In this document: in pieces, positions 28,788 to 38,726 of the stretch
Position numbering within the stretch: the first letter of the stretch is position 1
Layout: the number at the start of each line of letters is the position of its first letter
IMG/VR virus record: IMGVR_UViG_3300031772_000034
Span: 1 to 62,171 of that record
Reading direction: 5' to 3' (one strand)
From: a virus
Taxonomy: Duplodnaviria; Caudoviricetes
DNA length: 62,171 nucleotides
Made by a program: the position numbers and the translations under genes
The notes under the pieces: model-generated
The model's input: only the letters and a program-made list of their open reading frames with translations
Database searches by the model: none
Told to the model about the DNA's origin: nothing

Positions 28788-28816
28788 TTGACACAAAACC
28801 TTTTTTAAATTATAAT
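28788..28816 (+). promoter_or_regulatory. promoter cassette variant at start of replication module
   Basis: TTGACA-CAAAA..17 nt-TATAAT-TAAAGT. Confidence 0.75.
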
Positions 28817-28820
28817 TAAA

Positions 28821-29633
28821 GTGAAAGAATGTTTTCGATGTAATTTCGATAAGTTACCTGATTGTAGTTCGTGCGTCGATAGGTTAGTTTGTCAAGATAA
28901 CGTTCCGAAGGAAACGTTTTTTATTTGCGCCATGAATTCAAATTTGACTAAAAGTGAAAAAACGAAGCTGTACTCGAGAACGTATTCTAAAGCGCCCCAG
29001 ACATCGTTAAGGAGATTTAAAATGGCGCCTGCTTCTATTACAACCGTTGAAGAACATATTGGTCAAACCGCTCTCGCGTTAAAACTCCGCAATTGCTTTG
29101 TCTGTGGCTTTGGTGTTAACACCCTCGAGCTCGGTCAATACTTTGGACAGGTCTTTTATCCCCCCCAAAATATCGCGATTGATTATCTTGTGAATCATGA
29201 GGGACGCTCGATCATCGATGCATATCATGCCGCCGCCGGGCCGCTAGAAAAGTTGTTTCCTCTGGAAGTCGTGCACAATATTTTCCGCGCGGTAAAGCGT
29301 ATCGACGGGTCTATGTTAGGATTGATCGGGCTTGGATTATATTTCCAAATGAAAGAAAGGACCAAGGCGCCCCTTGCGTTTCACGTAGAGGAATTCAAAG
29401 TATTCTTCAGGAAATTAAAATTCCCATCCCCCATAAATTTTGTCAAGCAGATTCCCAGAGAATTAGACGTATACGTTGAATATACCCACGATATTGTTGG
29501 CGGGCTACTTAACGGAACAATTTACTCATTCCCTCAGACGGCCAACTCTGCATTGAAGAGATTTCATATTTCTCCCTTTGTAGTTGGTCGTTGGGGTGTA
29601 AAGATCGGAGATGATTGGATCAATGAGTCCTAA
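28821..29633 (+). CDS. hypothetical protein with N-terminal Cys cluster
   Basis: 270-aa ORF; start uncertain (no SD). Confidence 0.55.
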   Translation: MKECFRCNFDKLPDCSSCVDRLVCQDNVPKETFFICAMNSNLTKSEKTKLYSRTYSKAPQTSLRRFKMAPASITTVEEHIGQTALALKLRNCFVCGFGVNTLELGQYFGQVFYPPQNIAIDYLVNHEGRSIIDAYHAAAGPLEKLFPLEVVHNIFRAVKRIDGSMLGLIGLGLYFQMKERTKAPLAFHVEEFKVFFRKLKFPSPINFVKQIPRELDVYVEYTHDIVGGLLNGTIYSFPQTANSALKRFHISPFVVGRWGVKIGDDWINES

Positions 29634-29838
29634 TGCAGGTAGAAACTCGTTTAAGCTACCATCTGAGGTAAATCGGGAGTACCTTACAGTGAAGGACTTC
29701 GCGCATGAATGCAGTCTTTCTTCTGCTGAGATATACTATTTGATTCGTAAGGGAAAACTTACTCCAGATCAGAGGTTTGGAATTTTAATTTTATCGCGAA
29801 AATCGTTGGATCAATTTCGATCCACCAAAAGGAGGTGA
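29623..29838 (+). CDS. excisionase-like/HTH_17 DNA-binding protein
   Basis: YLTVKDFA...IYYLIRKGKL. Confidence 0.6.
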   Translation: MSPNAGRNSFKLPSEVNREYLTVKDFAHECSLSSAEIYYLIRKGKLTPDQRFGILILSRKSLDQFRSTKRR

Positions 29839-30161
29839 TCCAAATGGTACCTGAAAAGCCCGAAGAGGCGAAAGAAACCAAAGAAAAGCCGTTGGATGAC
29901 GCCCTATTCGTTCGCGCAGATTTTACTGCCGTTGCGAAGAAGGGGCGGGGTCGGAGAGGAAGATTTTCAAGACCTATCTGCGATCGGTTTATGTCAACGG
30001 GCGAAAAGTGTGTGAAGCTACAGCTTATGGCCATCGCGCCGGAACGCGAACCCGCGAGCGCTGCTTCCACTCTCGTGAGTTATCTACGGCTGCATCCGGA
30101 GTTACCGATCAACATCGTTTTCAGCAACGAAGAGATCGTTATGATCAGAACGGATATGTAG
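29835..30161 (+). CDS. hypothetical protein
   Basis: AAGGAGGTG RBS (likely ATG 29844). Confidence 0.55.
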   Translation: MIQMVPEKPEEAKETKEKPLDDALFVRADFTAVAKKGRGRRGRFSRPICDRFMSTGEKCVKLQLMAIAPEREPASAASTLVSYLRLHPELPINIVFSNEEIVMIRTDM

Positions 30162-30162
30162 A

Positions 30163-30687
30163 ATGAAAATCGTCCATATCGTTCCACATTTCTTTAACTA
30201 TCGCGAGGCAGTTCTTGTTGAAACATGGTTTCCGGACGCTATTAAGATGTCAACAGGGCCTCTCGCGATATCGGAGTTATGCGATAAGGAATACGAAATC
30301 AAAACGGAAAAGTTATACTATGATCTCTTTGACGTTGTTATTCAAACAAGCGGCGGACCGGTTCCGACGAATCAACTTGGCGCAAGCCTAATCGTTCAAG
30401 AGATTTTCAAAAAGTGTCACGATAACGGTGGAATTGTTGCCACAATATGTTTAGGTGCGAACACATTAGCTTATGCGCTCGATTTGCATGGTGTAACGAT
30501 TACTTGTTTTCCTCTGAAAGTGTTGGTGCGGAAACTTCGAAGTAAGGGTGCAACAGTTACCAGCAGCGCGGTGGAAAGTTATAACAGAATCGTGACCGCA
30601 CAAACACAAATTGATACGTCAAACTGGATCCGAGAAATCCAGAGATTAATCGCGGCAAAAGATCCTAAAAAGTCCAAAAGAGTTTGA
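30163..30687 (+). CDS. DJ-1/PfpI family protein
   Basis: N-terminal Glu, FDVVIQTSGG, VATICLGA..LA, RIVTA. Confidence 0.7.
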   Translation: MKIVHIVPHFFNYREAVLVETWFPDAIKMSTGPLAISELCDKEYEIKTEKLYYDLFDVVIQTSGGPVPTNQLGASLIVQEIFKKCHDNGGIVATICLGANTLAYALDLHGVTITCFPLKVLVRKLRSKGATVTSSAVESYNRIVTAQTQIDTSNWIREIQRLIAAKDPKKSKRV

Positions 30688-30730
30688 TCTCTTAAATACG
30701 AAGTATTTAAGAGACGAAACCATCTTGAAC

Positions 30731-32041
30731 ATGCGCATATTGATTGGAAACCGTTTTTCGGTTATTGAGGGAGATTTTCCCCGTGCAAAAGTATTCCCAG
30801 TTACGACTATAAAAACTCCCCCAATTTGGTTGGGTCCGAAAAAGAAAATAGCAGGGAAAACGATCCAGCTGCTAAAGCCAGACGGATCATTTCCAGTAGG
30901 ATTATCAGAACGCGTCGCTCGAACTTTACCCGAAGCAGAAGTTATCGATATGCGCGATCTTCCAGCATTTCAAACACCATGGTCTTGTAACTATACTCTT
31001 CGCGATTATCAACAGGCGGCGGTCGAAAAACTTATTGCATATCCACATCGGGGGGTTTGTTGGACTCCCACCGCATCAGGAAAGACGTACATTGCAGCAG
31101 AAGTAATTCGCCGGATCGGTCTTCCTGCTTTATATTTAGTGCATCGAAATGAAATCGTTAAACAGGTTCACGAGAAGTTAAGCAAATGGTTCCCATTTAA
31201 GATTGGTATTTGCACAGGAAAAGAATTTGAACCAAGCGACCTTGTAATGGTCTCATCCGTTTATTCAGTTCATAAAATCGCGAACTTTGATCGTTATATC
31301 ACGCTCATCTGTGATGAAGCACATCATTGCCCAATGGAAACGTATCAGGAGATCTTGTTGGGTACCCCTGCGCCATATCGTTTTGGATTTAGCGGAACGC
31401 CAACAGGCCGCGCCGACCAGAAAGATTTATTGTTAATCGCGGCAACGGGCGAAATCCGATATCAGATGACGACAAAAGAATTGGGTGATATGGGCTTAAC
31501 GCCGAAAGCGGGCGTGGTATTCTTTCCGTTTACCTTTACCGATCGTCAAAGTCTTCTATATGAGCGCCGCCCGTGGAATGTTATTGAAGGGGAACTACTA
31601 TCTGAGAATGCGCCACGAAACCAAATGATATCCGAGATTTGCAAATCAGCACCTGGAAAGATTCTTGTTTTTGTGAATCGAGTTTCGCACGGGCTTCGAT
31701 TGGTAGAATTATTAAAGGGCGAGGACGTTACCTTTTGCAGCGGATCAGATGATATCCATACCAGAGTTGCGGCCTTAACAAACCGTTGTAAAATTACAAT
31801 CGCAACAAAAATTTTCGATGAAGGCATTGACGTTGAAGACTTTGAAACCCTTGTAATTGCATCTGGCGGTAAATCTGCGATAACTACGATGCAACGAGTC
31901 GGTCGCGGGATGCGTAATTTTGAAGGGAAGTTCTTAAACATTATCGATATCTTTGATAAGGGTATTCCCATGTTAGAGCGACACTCGAAGACGAGAGAAA
32001 AGATTTATCGCTCACTTGGGTTCCAAATATACTCTGCATGA
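30731..32041 (+). CDS. SF2 DEAH helicase (UvsW-like)
   Basis: LRDYQ, PTASGKT, DEAHH, SGTP, EGID, QRVGRGMR. Confidence 0.88.
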   Translation: MRILIGNRFSVIEGDFPRAKVFPVTTIKTPPIWLGPKKKIAGKTIQLLKPDGSFPVGLSERVARTLPEAEVIDMRDLPAFQTPWSCNYTLRDYQQAAVEKLIAYPHRGVCWTPTASGKTYIAAEVIRRIGLPALYLVHRNEIVKQVHEKLSKWFPFKIGICTGKEFEPSDLVMVSSVYSVHKIANFDRYITLICDEAHHCPMETYQEILLGTPAPYRFGFSGTPTGRADQKDLLLIAATGEIRYQMTTKELGDMGLTPKAGVVFFPFTFTDRQSLLYERRPWNVIEGELLSENAPRNQMISEICKSAPGKILVFVNRVSHGLRLVELLKGEDVTFCSGSDDIHTRVAALTNRCKITIATKIFDEGIDVEDFETLVIASGGKSAITTMQRVGRGMRNFEGKFLNIIDIFDKGIPMLERHSKTREKIYRSLGFQIYSA

Positions 32042-32418
32042 CTACATATACTATGCATGATGTTGCACGTGCTTACGAGCGGTTTCGTAGGCAGCGACAT
32101 CCTTATTTCCGCGTAAGGCCAGAAGATCTTTTACCTGGAACGGAAAAAGCCGCCCAGTTTGCCTGTGCTGCGGATTTAATAAACCAAATTAAAGTAGATA
32201 TCGAAACGTTCATGTATATCCTTTTTCAACAGTTACGTGTTCCGAGCGTTCGCGAGTTGGCATCGAAAAAAGCAATCCAAAAGGTCCACAAGTTTCTGGA
32301 GCATTCGTTACCACCCGGCGCGGAGATGGTAGCGGTGAAGTCTTGGTATATTAAGTTGCTTCAAGACAATTGGGGATTAAGCCGAGAGGAGGCGGCTGAA
32401 TTCTTATCAATCCTATGA
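32038..32418 (+). CDS. hypothetical protein
   Basis: ATGA-coupled between the two helicases. Confidence 0.6.
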   Translation: MTTYTMHDVARAYERFRRQRHPYFRVRPEDLLPGTEKAAQFACAADLINQIKVDIETFMYILFQQLRVPSVRELASKKAIQKVHKFLEHSLPPGAEMVAVKSWYIKLLQDNWGLSREEAAEFLSIL

Positions 32419-33677
32419 ACCCAACCTTTGAAGACAAGTTCGTTAAGGTAGTCTTGACGGATTTAAACTTTGCTCGAATGGTGGCGACCGACTTGAAGAG
32501 CGCGCGGATTGATAATAATTCTAACGCTTTGATATTCGACGTTTTCGGTCGTATATTCGAATCCCTAAAGACCCTTCCCACGATGGAGATCATGCTCAAT
32601 GAAATTGGTCTAACCTTGAAGGCCCGCCCAGAAGGGTTACACGAAACCGAGATCGTCGATATAGCACAGCGACTTCATTTTGTTTATAACGAGAACGGGC
32701 TGGCTGAATCAGAATATCTTTATCTAAAAACGGAATACAAGAACCTTTTCTTTTTACGTAGCGCACGGAAAGCACTCGTAGAAGTTATTCAGAAAGTTGA
32801 TGCAGAGGGAGTTCTTGATGAACAGGCGTTACATAAGTTAGCAAAGGGCGCCGCACCACGAGAAGAACCAATTGACTGGTTCTCCTCTGTAGAAGATAGA
32901 ACCTCATTACAACTATATGATGATTCAAAGGTGCCAACACTAATTCCACCTCTGGATGCAGCGCTGCAGGGCGGCCTCGGCGCAGGTGAGCTAGGCATCA
33001 TCATGGCAGGCCCTAAACAGGGTAAATCAATGCTCTTGATAAACTTTGGGTTCGCGGCCGTGGCGGTAGGAAAACGGGTTCTACATGTTACATTGGAGCT
33101 GTCTGCGAAGCAAACACTTAAAAGATACGATTCAATATTCACAGGGATACCGATTAATAACCTGAAGAACTCTCGAGAGCAGCTTCTTCTGAAATTCCAA
33201 GACTTTTCAAAGTTCAAAGATTTATTAATAATTCAACAATATCCCACAAAAGGCGTTTCAGCGATTGGCTTAGAGCCTCTGATCCAATATGTACAAGATC
33301 AGAAAGGAAAGATCGATTGTGTAATCGTTGACTATGGCGACCTATTAAAAGCAAATTCTAAGAAGGATCAGGTTCGATTTGAGTTAGAAGAGATATTCTA
33401 TACTCTTCGACAACTCGCATCAGTTCATAAAGTAGGTGTATGGACCGCGACACAGACAAATCGCTTGGCAGTAGGTAAGACAGATGTTGACGAACGCCAT
33501 CTGGCAGAAGCGTTTTCGAAAGCCATGATCTGTGATATTTTGATGTCATTGACTCCTTGGGGCGATTTGAAAAAGCTTTCCGTTGTTTTAACTCGTGATA
33601 GTGGCGCGCAATCGTTATTTATACCCTTACGACCTCAATTTGAATCAGCAAGGTTACGATATGAACAGACTTCCTAA
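32415..33677 (+). CDS. DnaB-like replicative helicase
   Basis: GPKQGKS, VTLEL, IVDYGDL, WTATQTNR. Confidence 0.88.
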   Translation: MNPTFEDKFVKVVLTDLNFARMVATDLKSARIDNNSNALIFDVFGRIFESLKTLPTMEIMLNEIGLTLKARPEGLHETEIVDIAQRLHFVYNENGLAESEYLYLKTEYKNLFFLRSARKALVEVIQKVDAEGVLDEQALHKLAKGAAPREEPIDWFSSVEDRTSLQLYDDSKVPTLIPPLDAALQGGLGAGELGIIMAGPKQGKSMLLINFGFAAVAVGKRVLHVTLELSAKQTLKRYDSIFTGIPINNLKNSREQLLLKFQDFSKFKDLLIIQQYPTKGVSAIGLEPLIQYVQDQKGKIDCVIVDYGDLLKANSKKDQVRFELEEIFYTLRQLASVHKVGVWTATQTNRLAVGKTDVDERHLAEAFSKAMICDILMSLTPWGDLKKLSVVLTRDSGAQSLFIPLRPQFESARLRYEQTS

Positions 33678-34515
33678 TAAAGAGATAACACGCGAAAGCC
33701 TCGGGCGCCCCGTTAAAGAGACCCGGCGGGATATCGTTTACCACTGCCCACTTTGTGATGATACTACAGGTCATTTTTATGTTCGCCGTAGTAATGGGGT
33801 TTGGCATTGTTTTAAATGTGATCGGGGCGGAAGACTTTTGGGATTTAAACCGCTTAGCCGCACCGACGCGACTATTCCTGATACCCCAAAAGTATTTGGG
33901 CAACCCAAATTCGTTAGCTGGGATATCCCACAATATTTAACTCTTCGGCAACCGCATGATTGGTTTCTTGGTGAACGGGGCGTTGTTATGCCACTATACT
34001 TCAATTCGAAAAAGATCGGCTGGCAGATCCGAACATTCAGTGGGAAACCAAAATATCTTACGATTGGAAATCGTTCGATGATGGTTTATAATTACGATAT
34101 TGTCAAAGCGTTTTGCGGTAATAAGGCCATAGTTGTTGAGGGAATATTTGATGCAGTTACATTATCTCCGTTCGCCATCGCAGCGTTAGGAACCGGAATT
34201 TCAGATCGACAATGGCAGTTAATTAAAACTTTTGATACCGTGATCTTTCTTCTCGACAGCGATGCGATCGCAAAAGCGAAAAATTATTGCTTCATAGCGT
34301 ATGGATTGGGAATTCAAAAGGTTTTTATAGCACCAATGAGTGGATATAAATTATCCCCGTGGCGTATCGGAAGGAATTTAGGATCCGTTGAAGTTTTAGA
34401 TCCCGTGACAACAAGCATTGTTGATAGGTTAGATGGATTTTTTGATTTTTCTATTTCACCAATTTATCAGGAGGAGGGACCAAATGGAATCGAATTTACC
34501 CGACCTAATGGTTGA
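33661..34515 (+). CDS. DNA primase (Zn finger plus TOPRIM)
   Basis: CPLC...HCFKC, VVEGIFDA, ALGT, LDSDA. Confidence 0.85.
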   Translation: MNRLPNKEITRESLGRPVKETRRDIVYHCPLCDDTTGHFYVRRSNGVWHCFKCDRGGRLLGFKPLSRTDATIPDTPKVFGQPKFVSWDIPQYLTLRQPHDWFLGERGVVMPLYFNSKKIGWQIRTFSGKPKYLTIGNRSMMVYNYDIVKAFCGNKAIVVEGIFDAVTLSPFAIAALGTGISDRQWQLIKTFDTVIFLLDSDAIAKAKNYCFIAYGLGIQKVFIAPMSGYKLSPWRIGRNLGSVEVLDPVTTSIVDRLDGFFDFSISPIYQEEGPNGIEFTRPNG

Positions 34516-35263
34516 ACAGCGCGTTGACCGCCAAATTCAAAAGGTCGGGATCAGAAATTTCCATCAGTTCGCGCATTTCGGCCTTCAAATGGTTCTCGGA
34601 GAATTTTCCCTATATGTCGGCCTAAATGGAACCCGTGGCGTTCATATGAGCCGGTTTGTTGCTGCGATGGAATACTTCACCGAGATCTGTGATAACTCGA
34701 TCTTTCAATTGAATAAGCGCCTCTGCCTTGTACAGAGCGCAAGATCATCTCACGTGAAGATTCGAACAAAGGTACAAATCGGAGATCAAATTGTGCCCAT
34801 CGTTTTGGAAGGCCATTTTAAATACTCTGCTGACGATACGAGCACTTACGTGAAAACCTTCCAATTCGTTGTCCAGAATATTACAACATGCCCGTGCTCC
34901 CTCGAGTTGTGTCGATCCCAGAAGAAGGGCGTTCCACATATTCAACGAGGATTTGTAACTTCTACGGTTAAAACAGCTTCTTTCGAGCCACCCCATCTGA
35001 TATCCATTTATAATGCCGTCGCCTCCCGCCTGGTCCTTCCTCAGAGATTTGTAAAGCGCCCCGACGAACATAACCTTGCAGTAAGATGCGAAGAGAATCC
35101 CGTGTTCGTTGAAGACGTTGTCGAGCTCGTGAAAAAGAGTCTAACCGAATTCGGGTTCGACGATTTCTCCGTTGTTGCAGAGCATGAGGAATCAATACAT
35201 CAACACAACGCGGTCGCAGTACTTTCCGCGGCAGATAAGGATTTCGGTTCTAAACTAACATAG
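34484..35263 (+). CDS. folE2: GTP cyclohydrolase IB (FolE2/MptA family)
   Basis: KVGI, GVHMSRF, TTCPCS, HIQR, VKRPDE, NPVFVED, HEESIHQHNA. Confidence 0.88.
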   Translation: MESNLPDLMVEQRVDRQIQKVGIRNFHQFAHFGLQMVLGEFSLYVGLNGTRGVHMSRFVAAMEYFTEICDNSIFQLNKRLCLVQSARSSHVKIRTKVQIGDQIVPIVLEGHFKYSADDTSTYVKTFQFVVQNITTCPCSLELCRSQKKGVPHIQRGFVTSTVKTASFEPPHLISIYNAVASRLVLPQRFVKRPDEHNLAVRCEENPVFVEDVVELVKKSLTEFGFDDFSVVAEHEESIHQHNAVAVLSAADKDFGSKLT

Positions 35264-35660
35264 GAGGACTTATGGGAAGAGATCGTATAGATGACTTTTG
35301 GTTTTGGCTGTCTTATCGGTTACCTCGACGACTCGTTTACTTTTGTATGATTCGAGCTTTCGCGTGGGCGTCCTGTGGAAAGTGGTCAGGATGTGAATGT
35401 CCTGCGATCACCGTTCAGGATGCCCTTGAGAGATGGAATCAATCTAACGAATAGAAAGGAGCGCCGCGATGCATCCTCCGATACACATAAGAATAATGTT
35501 TACTGATGGAGAGTTGGCAAAATGGGACGATATCGTCGCATTTAGTGAAACAGATAATTCAATCCGATTCAGGAAAGACGACAGGTTATTCTTTATCCCA
35601 TTTGCAAATATGTTTTATTATGAATTATGGGAAGAATAGCGGTAAAAGAAAGGAAGGGGG

Positions 35661-36002
35661 GTGATTAGAATGTGTGACTTCTGTAATATGAAAATCGAAG
35701 ATGCTCTATATGTATCGCAATATAGTTTCATCACGGTTTGCCCGTTTTGCAACAGTATTTGTGCGGTAGCTAAAGAGCATAATCAGGAAAAGATCTGGCA
35801 CGAGCGAACGACCATTTCGTCAGAGCTTACATCCTTTTTCGAACGCGCGATGAAGTCTTTCGATATGACCCCAGAACCGTTTTTTATAACCGAGGCGTGT
35901 AAGCGGCCGGACTATAATCACTTTATCATTCATCTTCGCCTTCTTGGAGATCCAGCGGACTTCCTTGAGCGACTGAAAAAGGAGGAGAAAATATGCCGTT
36001 AA
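35661..36002 (+). CDS. hypothetical protein (degenerate HIT-like)
   Basis: CDFC...CPFC...H...HFIIH. Confidence 0.45.
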   Translation: MIRMCDFCNMKIEDALYVSQYSFITVCPFCNSICAVAKEHNQEKIWHERTTISSELTSFFERAMKSFDMTPEPFFITEACKRPDYNHFIIHLRLLGDPADFLERLKKEEKICR

Positions 36003-36388
36003 AGATTAAGTGGGTGGTACATCATTCGGATGCGATTATACCAACTCGAAAAACAGATCGTGAAGCCGGCTTTGACCTCTTCGCGATGGAAGAGCGCACC
36101 ATTGACCCAGGTATTCGGGTCTTCGTTCCAATTGGCGTTGGTGCGATCATGGAAGGATGCTTTGGAATTATCTTCTCGAATTCCAGCATGAAGTTCAAAA
36201 ATCTTCTCGTGATGAACGGCGTCATTGACCAGGATTACATTTGGGATATCGGACCTTGCCTGGTTAACATTCAGCAAACCTCGCTCAAAGTTCATCGCGG
36301 AGACCCAATCGGTCAAATCGTTTTCTTTCCTCAGTTAGAGTTTGAAACAATTGTGACAAGGGCGAAGAAACCCGAATACGGAGGATAA
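35993..36388 (+). CDS. dUTPase-family protein (divergent)
   Basis: AGFDL, GVIDQDY, GDPIGQ; motif 5 lacking. Confidence 0.75.
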   Translation: MPLKIKWVVHHSDAIIPTRKTDREAGFDLFAMEERTIDPGIRVFVPIGVGAIMEGCFGIIFSNSSMKFKNLLVMNGVIDQDYIWDIGPCLVNIQQTSLKVHRGDPIGQIVFFPQLEFETIVTRAKKPEYGG

Positions 36389-36389
36389 C

Positions 36390-38726
36390 ATGTTTCAAGT
36401 ATGCGAAAAATGCCCGGTAAGAGGCGTGAAGCAATTCGTTCCAAGTGAAATAAAACCTTCCGCGAAGTTCGTACTGATCGCGGAGGCACCGGGAGCGGAG
36501 GAAGTAATCGAACGAAGGCCGATGGTCGGCCCAAGTGGCAAGCTCAACGATTACCTGATGTATCAGGCGGGGCTATATCGGGAGGACGTCGATATTATTA
36601 ATGTCTGCTCCTGTTATCCAAAAGCGAGCCCTGATGAGATCGAGCTATTTTGTCGCCATCGATTATATGAGGAACTGAAACCCCTTGTTCACCTCCCGTG
36701 GATGTCTGTTGGTGAAGAGGCGATAAAGGCCATCCATGAGACAGATAAAAAGATAACGCCTCTTCGAGGTAAAATCCATCCCTGCGATAAAGTCGCCGAT
36801 ATTATCCCGGGAGCAGAAAAGAAGACTACATTCACGACATTTCATCCTGCGTATGTGCTCCGCTCAGGTGATCGACAGAAGCAAGACTCCAATCCGTCGA
36901 TCATGTTCGTCCTCGCGGAAGACTATAAAGTATTCGCGAGAACGCTTTCCGGCCGCCCCCTCATTCGGCATACTCCAGAGTTCACTATCGCGAAGACTGA
37001 GATGGAAATCAACGCCGCTTTATCTATTGCCCTTCGACAAGAGATCTTATTCTTAGACCTTGAAACAACGTCTCTTGATCGATATAAAGCGGATGTTATT
37101 CTCGCACAGTTTTCGTGCATGGACGGCACGTACGTGATGCAATTTTATGATAATCCGGCCATTTCTCCTGCGTTTAAATATTCGGTCCTACAGCAGCTGT
37201 TCGCATTAAATAATATTCCCAAAGTCTTTCAAAATGGAAAGTATGATATCGGCGTCCTTCGAGCGCAAGGGATTCAATGCAATAACTTCTATTTCGATTC
37301 CTTTGCGGCGCATTGCGTCCTGCGGGAGAACCTTGAAAGAAATCACGCTCTCGATGATATTGCATTGTGGTATTTGAATTATTCGGATTGGGATGTATCT
37401 GGGTTTATTTCTGGCGAGCAAACTTACGCGGATATTCCTCCGGCGGTTTTACTTCCATATTCCGCGACAGACGTGGACGTACTCCGAGAGGTATTCCCGA
37501 TTATGATGGAGGAACTCCATCAGCGCGGTATGCTCGATTACTTTATCAATCATGCGATGAAGTCTTTTCGATCCCTTATCGATATGGAGGAACGAGGGGT
37601 TCTTATTGATGTAAAGAAGGCGTCTGAGGTCGAAAGGGATTACGTGACCAAGATTGAATCGGAAAAAGTAAAGTTATTCCGAATCGCAGGTGAAGAGTTT
37701 AATCCAAATTCAACAAAGCAATTACGCACAATTTTGTTTGAAAAACTGAAATTAAAACCGATAAAACAAACGAAAAAGGGGAACCTAAGTACTGATGCGG
37801 AAGTCCTTGAACAACTCAATCATCCGATCGCTGATTCATTGATGTCGCTTCGTCGATTAAACAAAATTTGCAGCACATACTTATCTCGTGGGATGTTAAG
37901 CAATTTATATAAAAACCGCGTTCACTGTTCTTATAAGTTCGGTCCTGCAACTGGTCGGTTAGCATCAGAGGATCCGAATCTACAAAATATCCCTCGTCTT
38001 GGTGGTATTCGGCCGCTCTTTATTGCGCCGGAAGGATTCTGTTTCCTAAGCACTGACTATCGGCTAGCCGAGATGTTTGTTCTCGCATTCTTATCTGGCT
38101 CGGAACAGTTAGAGAGAGACTGCGAGAAGGATGTTCATCGGAAGGTTGCAGCGATGTTGTTTAAGATCTCCGAAGAGGCGGTTACATCAGAGCAGCGCGT
38201 TCTCGCAAAGTTTATCGACTTTGGGATCATATACGGTAGAACAGCCGAAAGCATTGCAGAAGAAAATAAAATCCCCGTCTCTGAGGCCCAAGTATTCATT
38301 GATATGTTCCTATCTCATTACGCAGAGGTGCGCCAGTTCCGAGAAGGGTTGATCGATCAAATTTTTAAGGTTGGATACCTGGAGAATCTATTTGGAAAGA
38401 AACGACATTTTCCTCCTCTTCAATTCTTCGACCACTATCTTCAGGAGGAATGGATTCGTGTCGGGTATAACTTCCCATGTCAATCTAACGTTGCGGAACT
38501 GACTCTTCGAACGGGTTATATGGTGACCGAAGAGTTAAAGAAGGCAAACGCGCAATCTGGAATGATCATGAACCTTCACGATGGGTTGGTTTTCGAAGTT
38601 CATTTAAGTGAACTGGATGCGGTGAAGTCTCTTGTGGAAGAGGTCGCAGCAATGCCACTACCGAAGATTGGCAAGAGCATCCCGTTTGAATTTAAACTGA
38701 GCGATTACTGGGAGGAAAAGGAATGA
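36390..38726 (+). CDS. family A DNA polymerase with N-terminal uracil-DNA-glycosylase-like domain and 3'-5' exonuclease
   Basis: AEAPG..E...PMVGPSG, TFHPAYVLR; DLETT, NGKYD, YSATD; TGRLAS.DPNLQNIP, AK..DFGIIYG, HDG. Confidence 0.9.
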   Translation: MFQVCEKCPVRGVKQFVPSEIKPSAKFVLIAEAPGAEEVIERRPMVGPSGKLNDYLMYQAGLYREDVDIINVCSCYPKASPDEIELFCRHRLYEELKPLVHLPWMSVGEEAIKAIHETDKKITPLRGKIHPCDKVADIIPGAEKKTTFTTFHPAYVLRSGDRQKQDSNPSIMFVLAEDYKVFARTLSGRPLIRHTPEFTIAKTEMEINAALSIALRQEILFLDLETTSLDRYKADVILAQFSCMDGTYVMQFYDNPAISPAFKYSVLQQLFALNNIPKVFQNGKYDIGVLRAQGIQCNNFYFDSFAAHCVLRENLERNHALDDIALWYLNYSDWDVSGFISGEQTYADIPPAVLLPYSATDVDVLREVFPIMMEELHQRGMLDYFINHAMKSFRSLIDMEERGVLIDVKKASEVERDYVTKIESEKVKLFRIAGEEFNPNSTKQLRTILFEKLKLKPIKQTKKGNLSTDAEVLEQLNHPIADSLMSLRRLNKICSTYLSRGMLSNLYKNRVHCSYKFGPATGRLASEDPNLQNIPRLGGIRPLFIAPEGFCFLSTDYRLAEMFVLAFLSGSEQLERDCEKDVHRKVAAMLFKISEEAVTSEQRVLAKFIDFGIIYGRTAESIAEENKIPVSEAQVFIDMFLSHYAEVRQFREGLIDQIFKVGYLENLFGKKRHFPPLQFFDHYLQEEWIRVGYNFPCQSNVAELTLRTGYMVTEELKKANAQSGMIMNLHDGLVFEVHLSELDAVKSLVEEVAAMPLPKIGKSIPFEFKLSDYWEEKE

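Noticed and set aside
29623-29838. Excisionase implying a temperate phage
   Set aside because: No integrase, repressor or att site in the window; such HTH proteins are common in lytic phages
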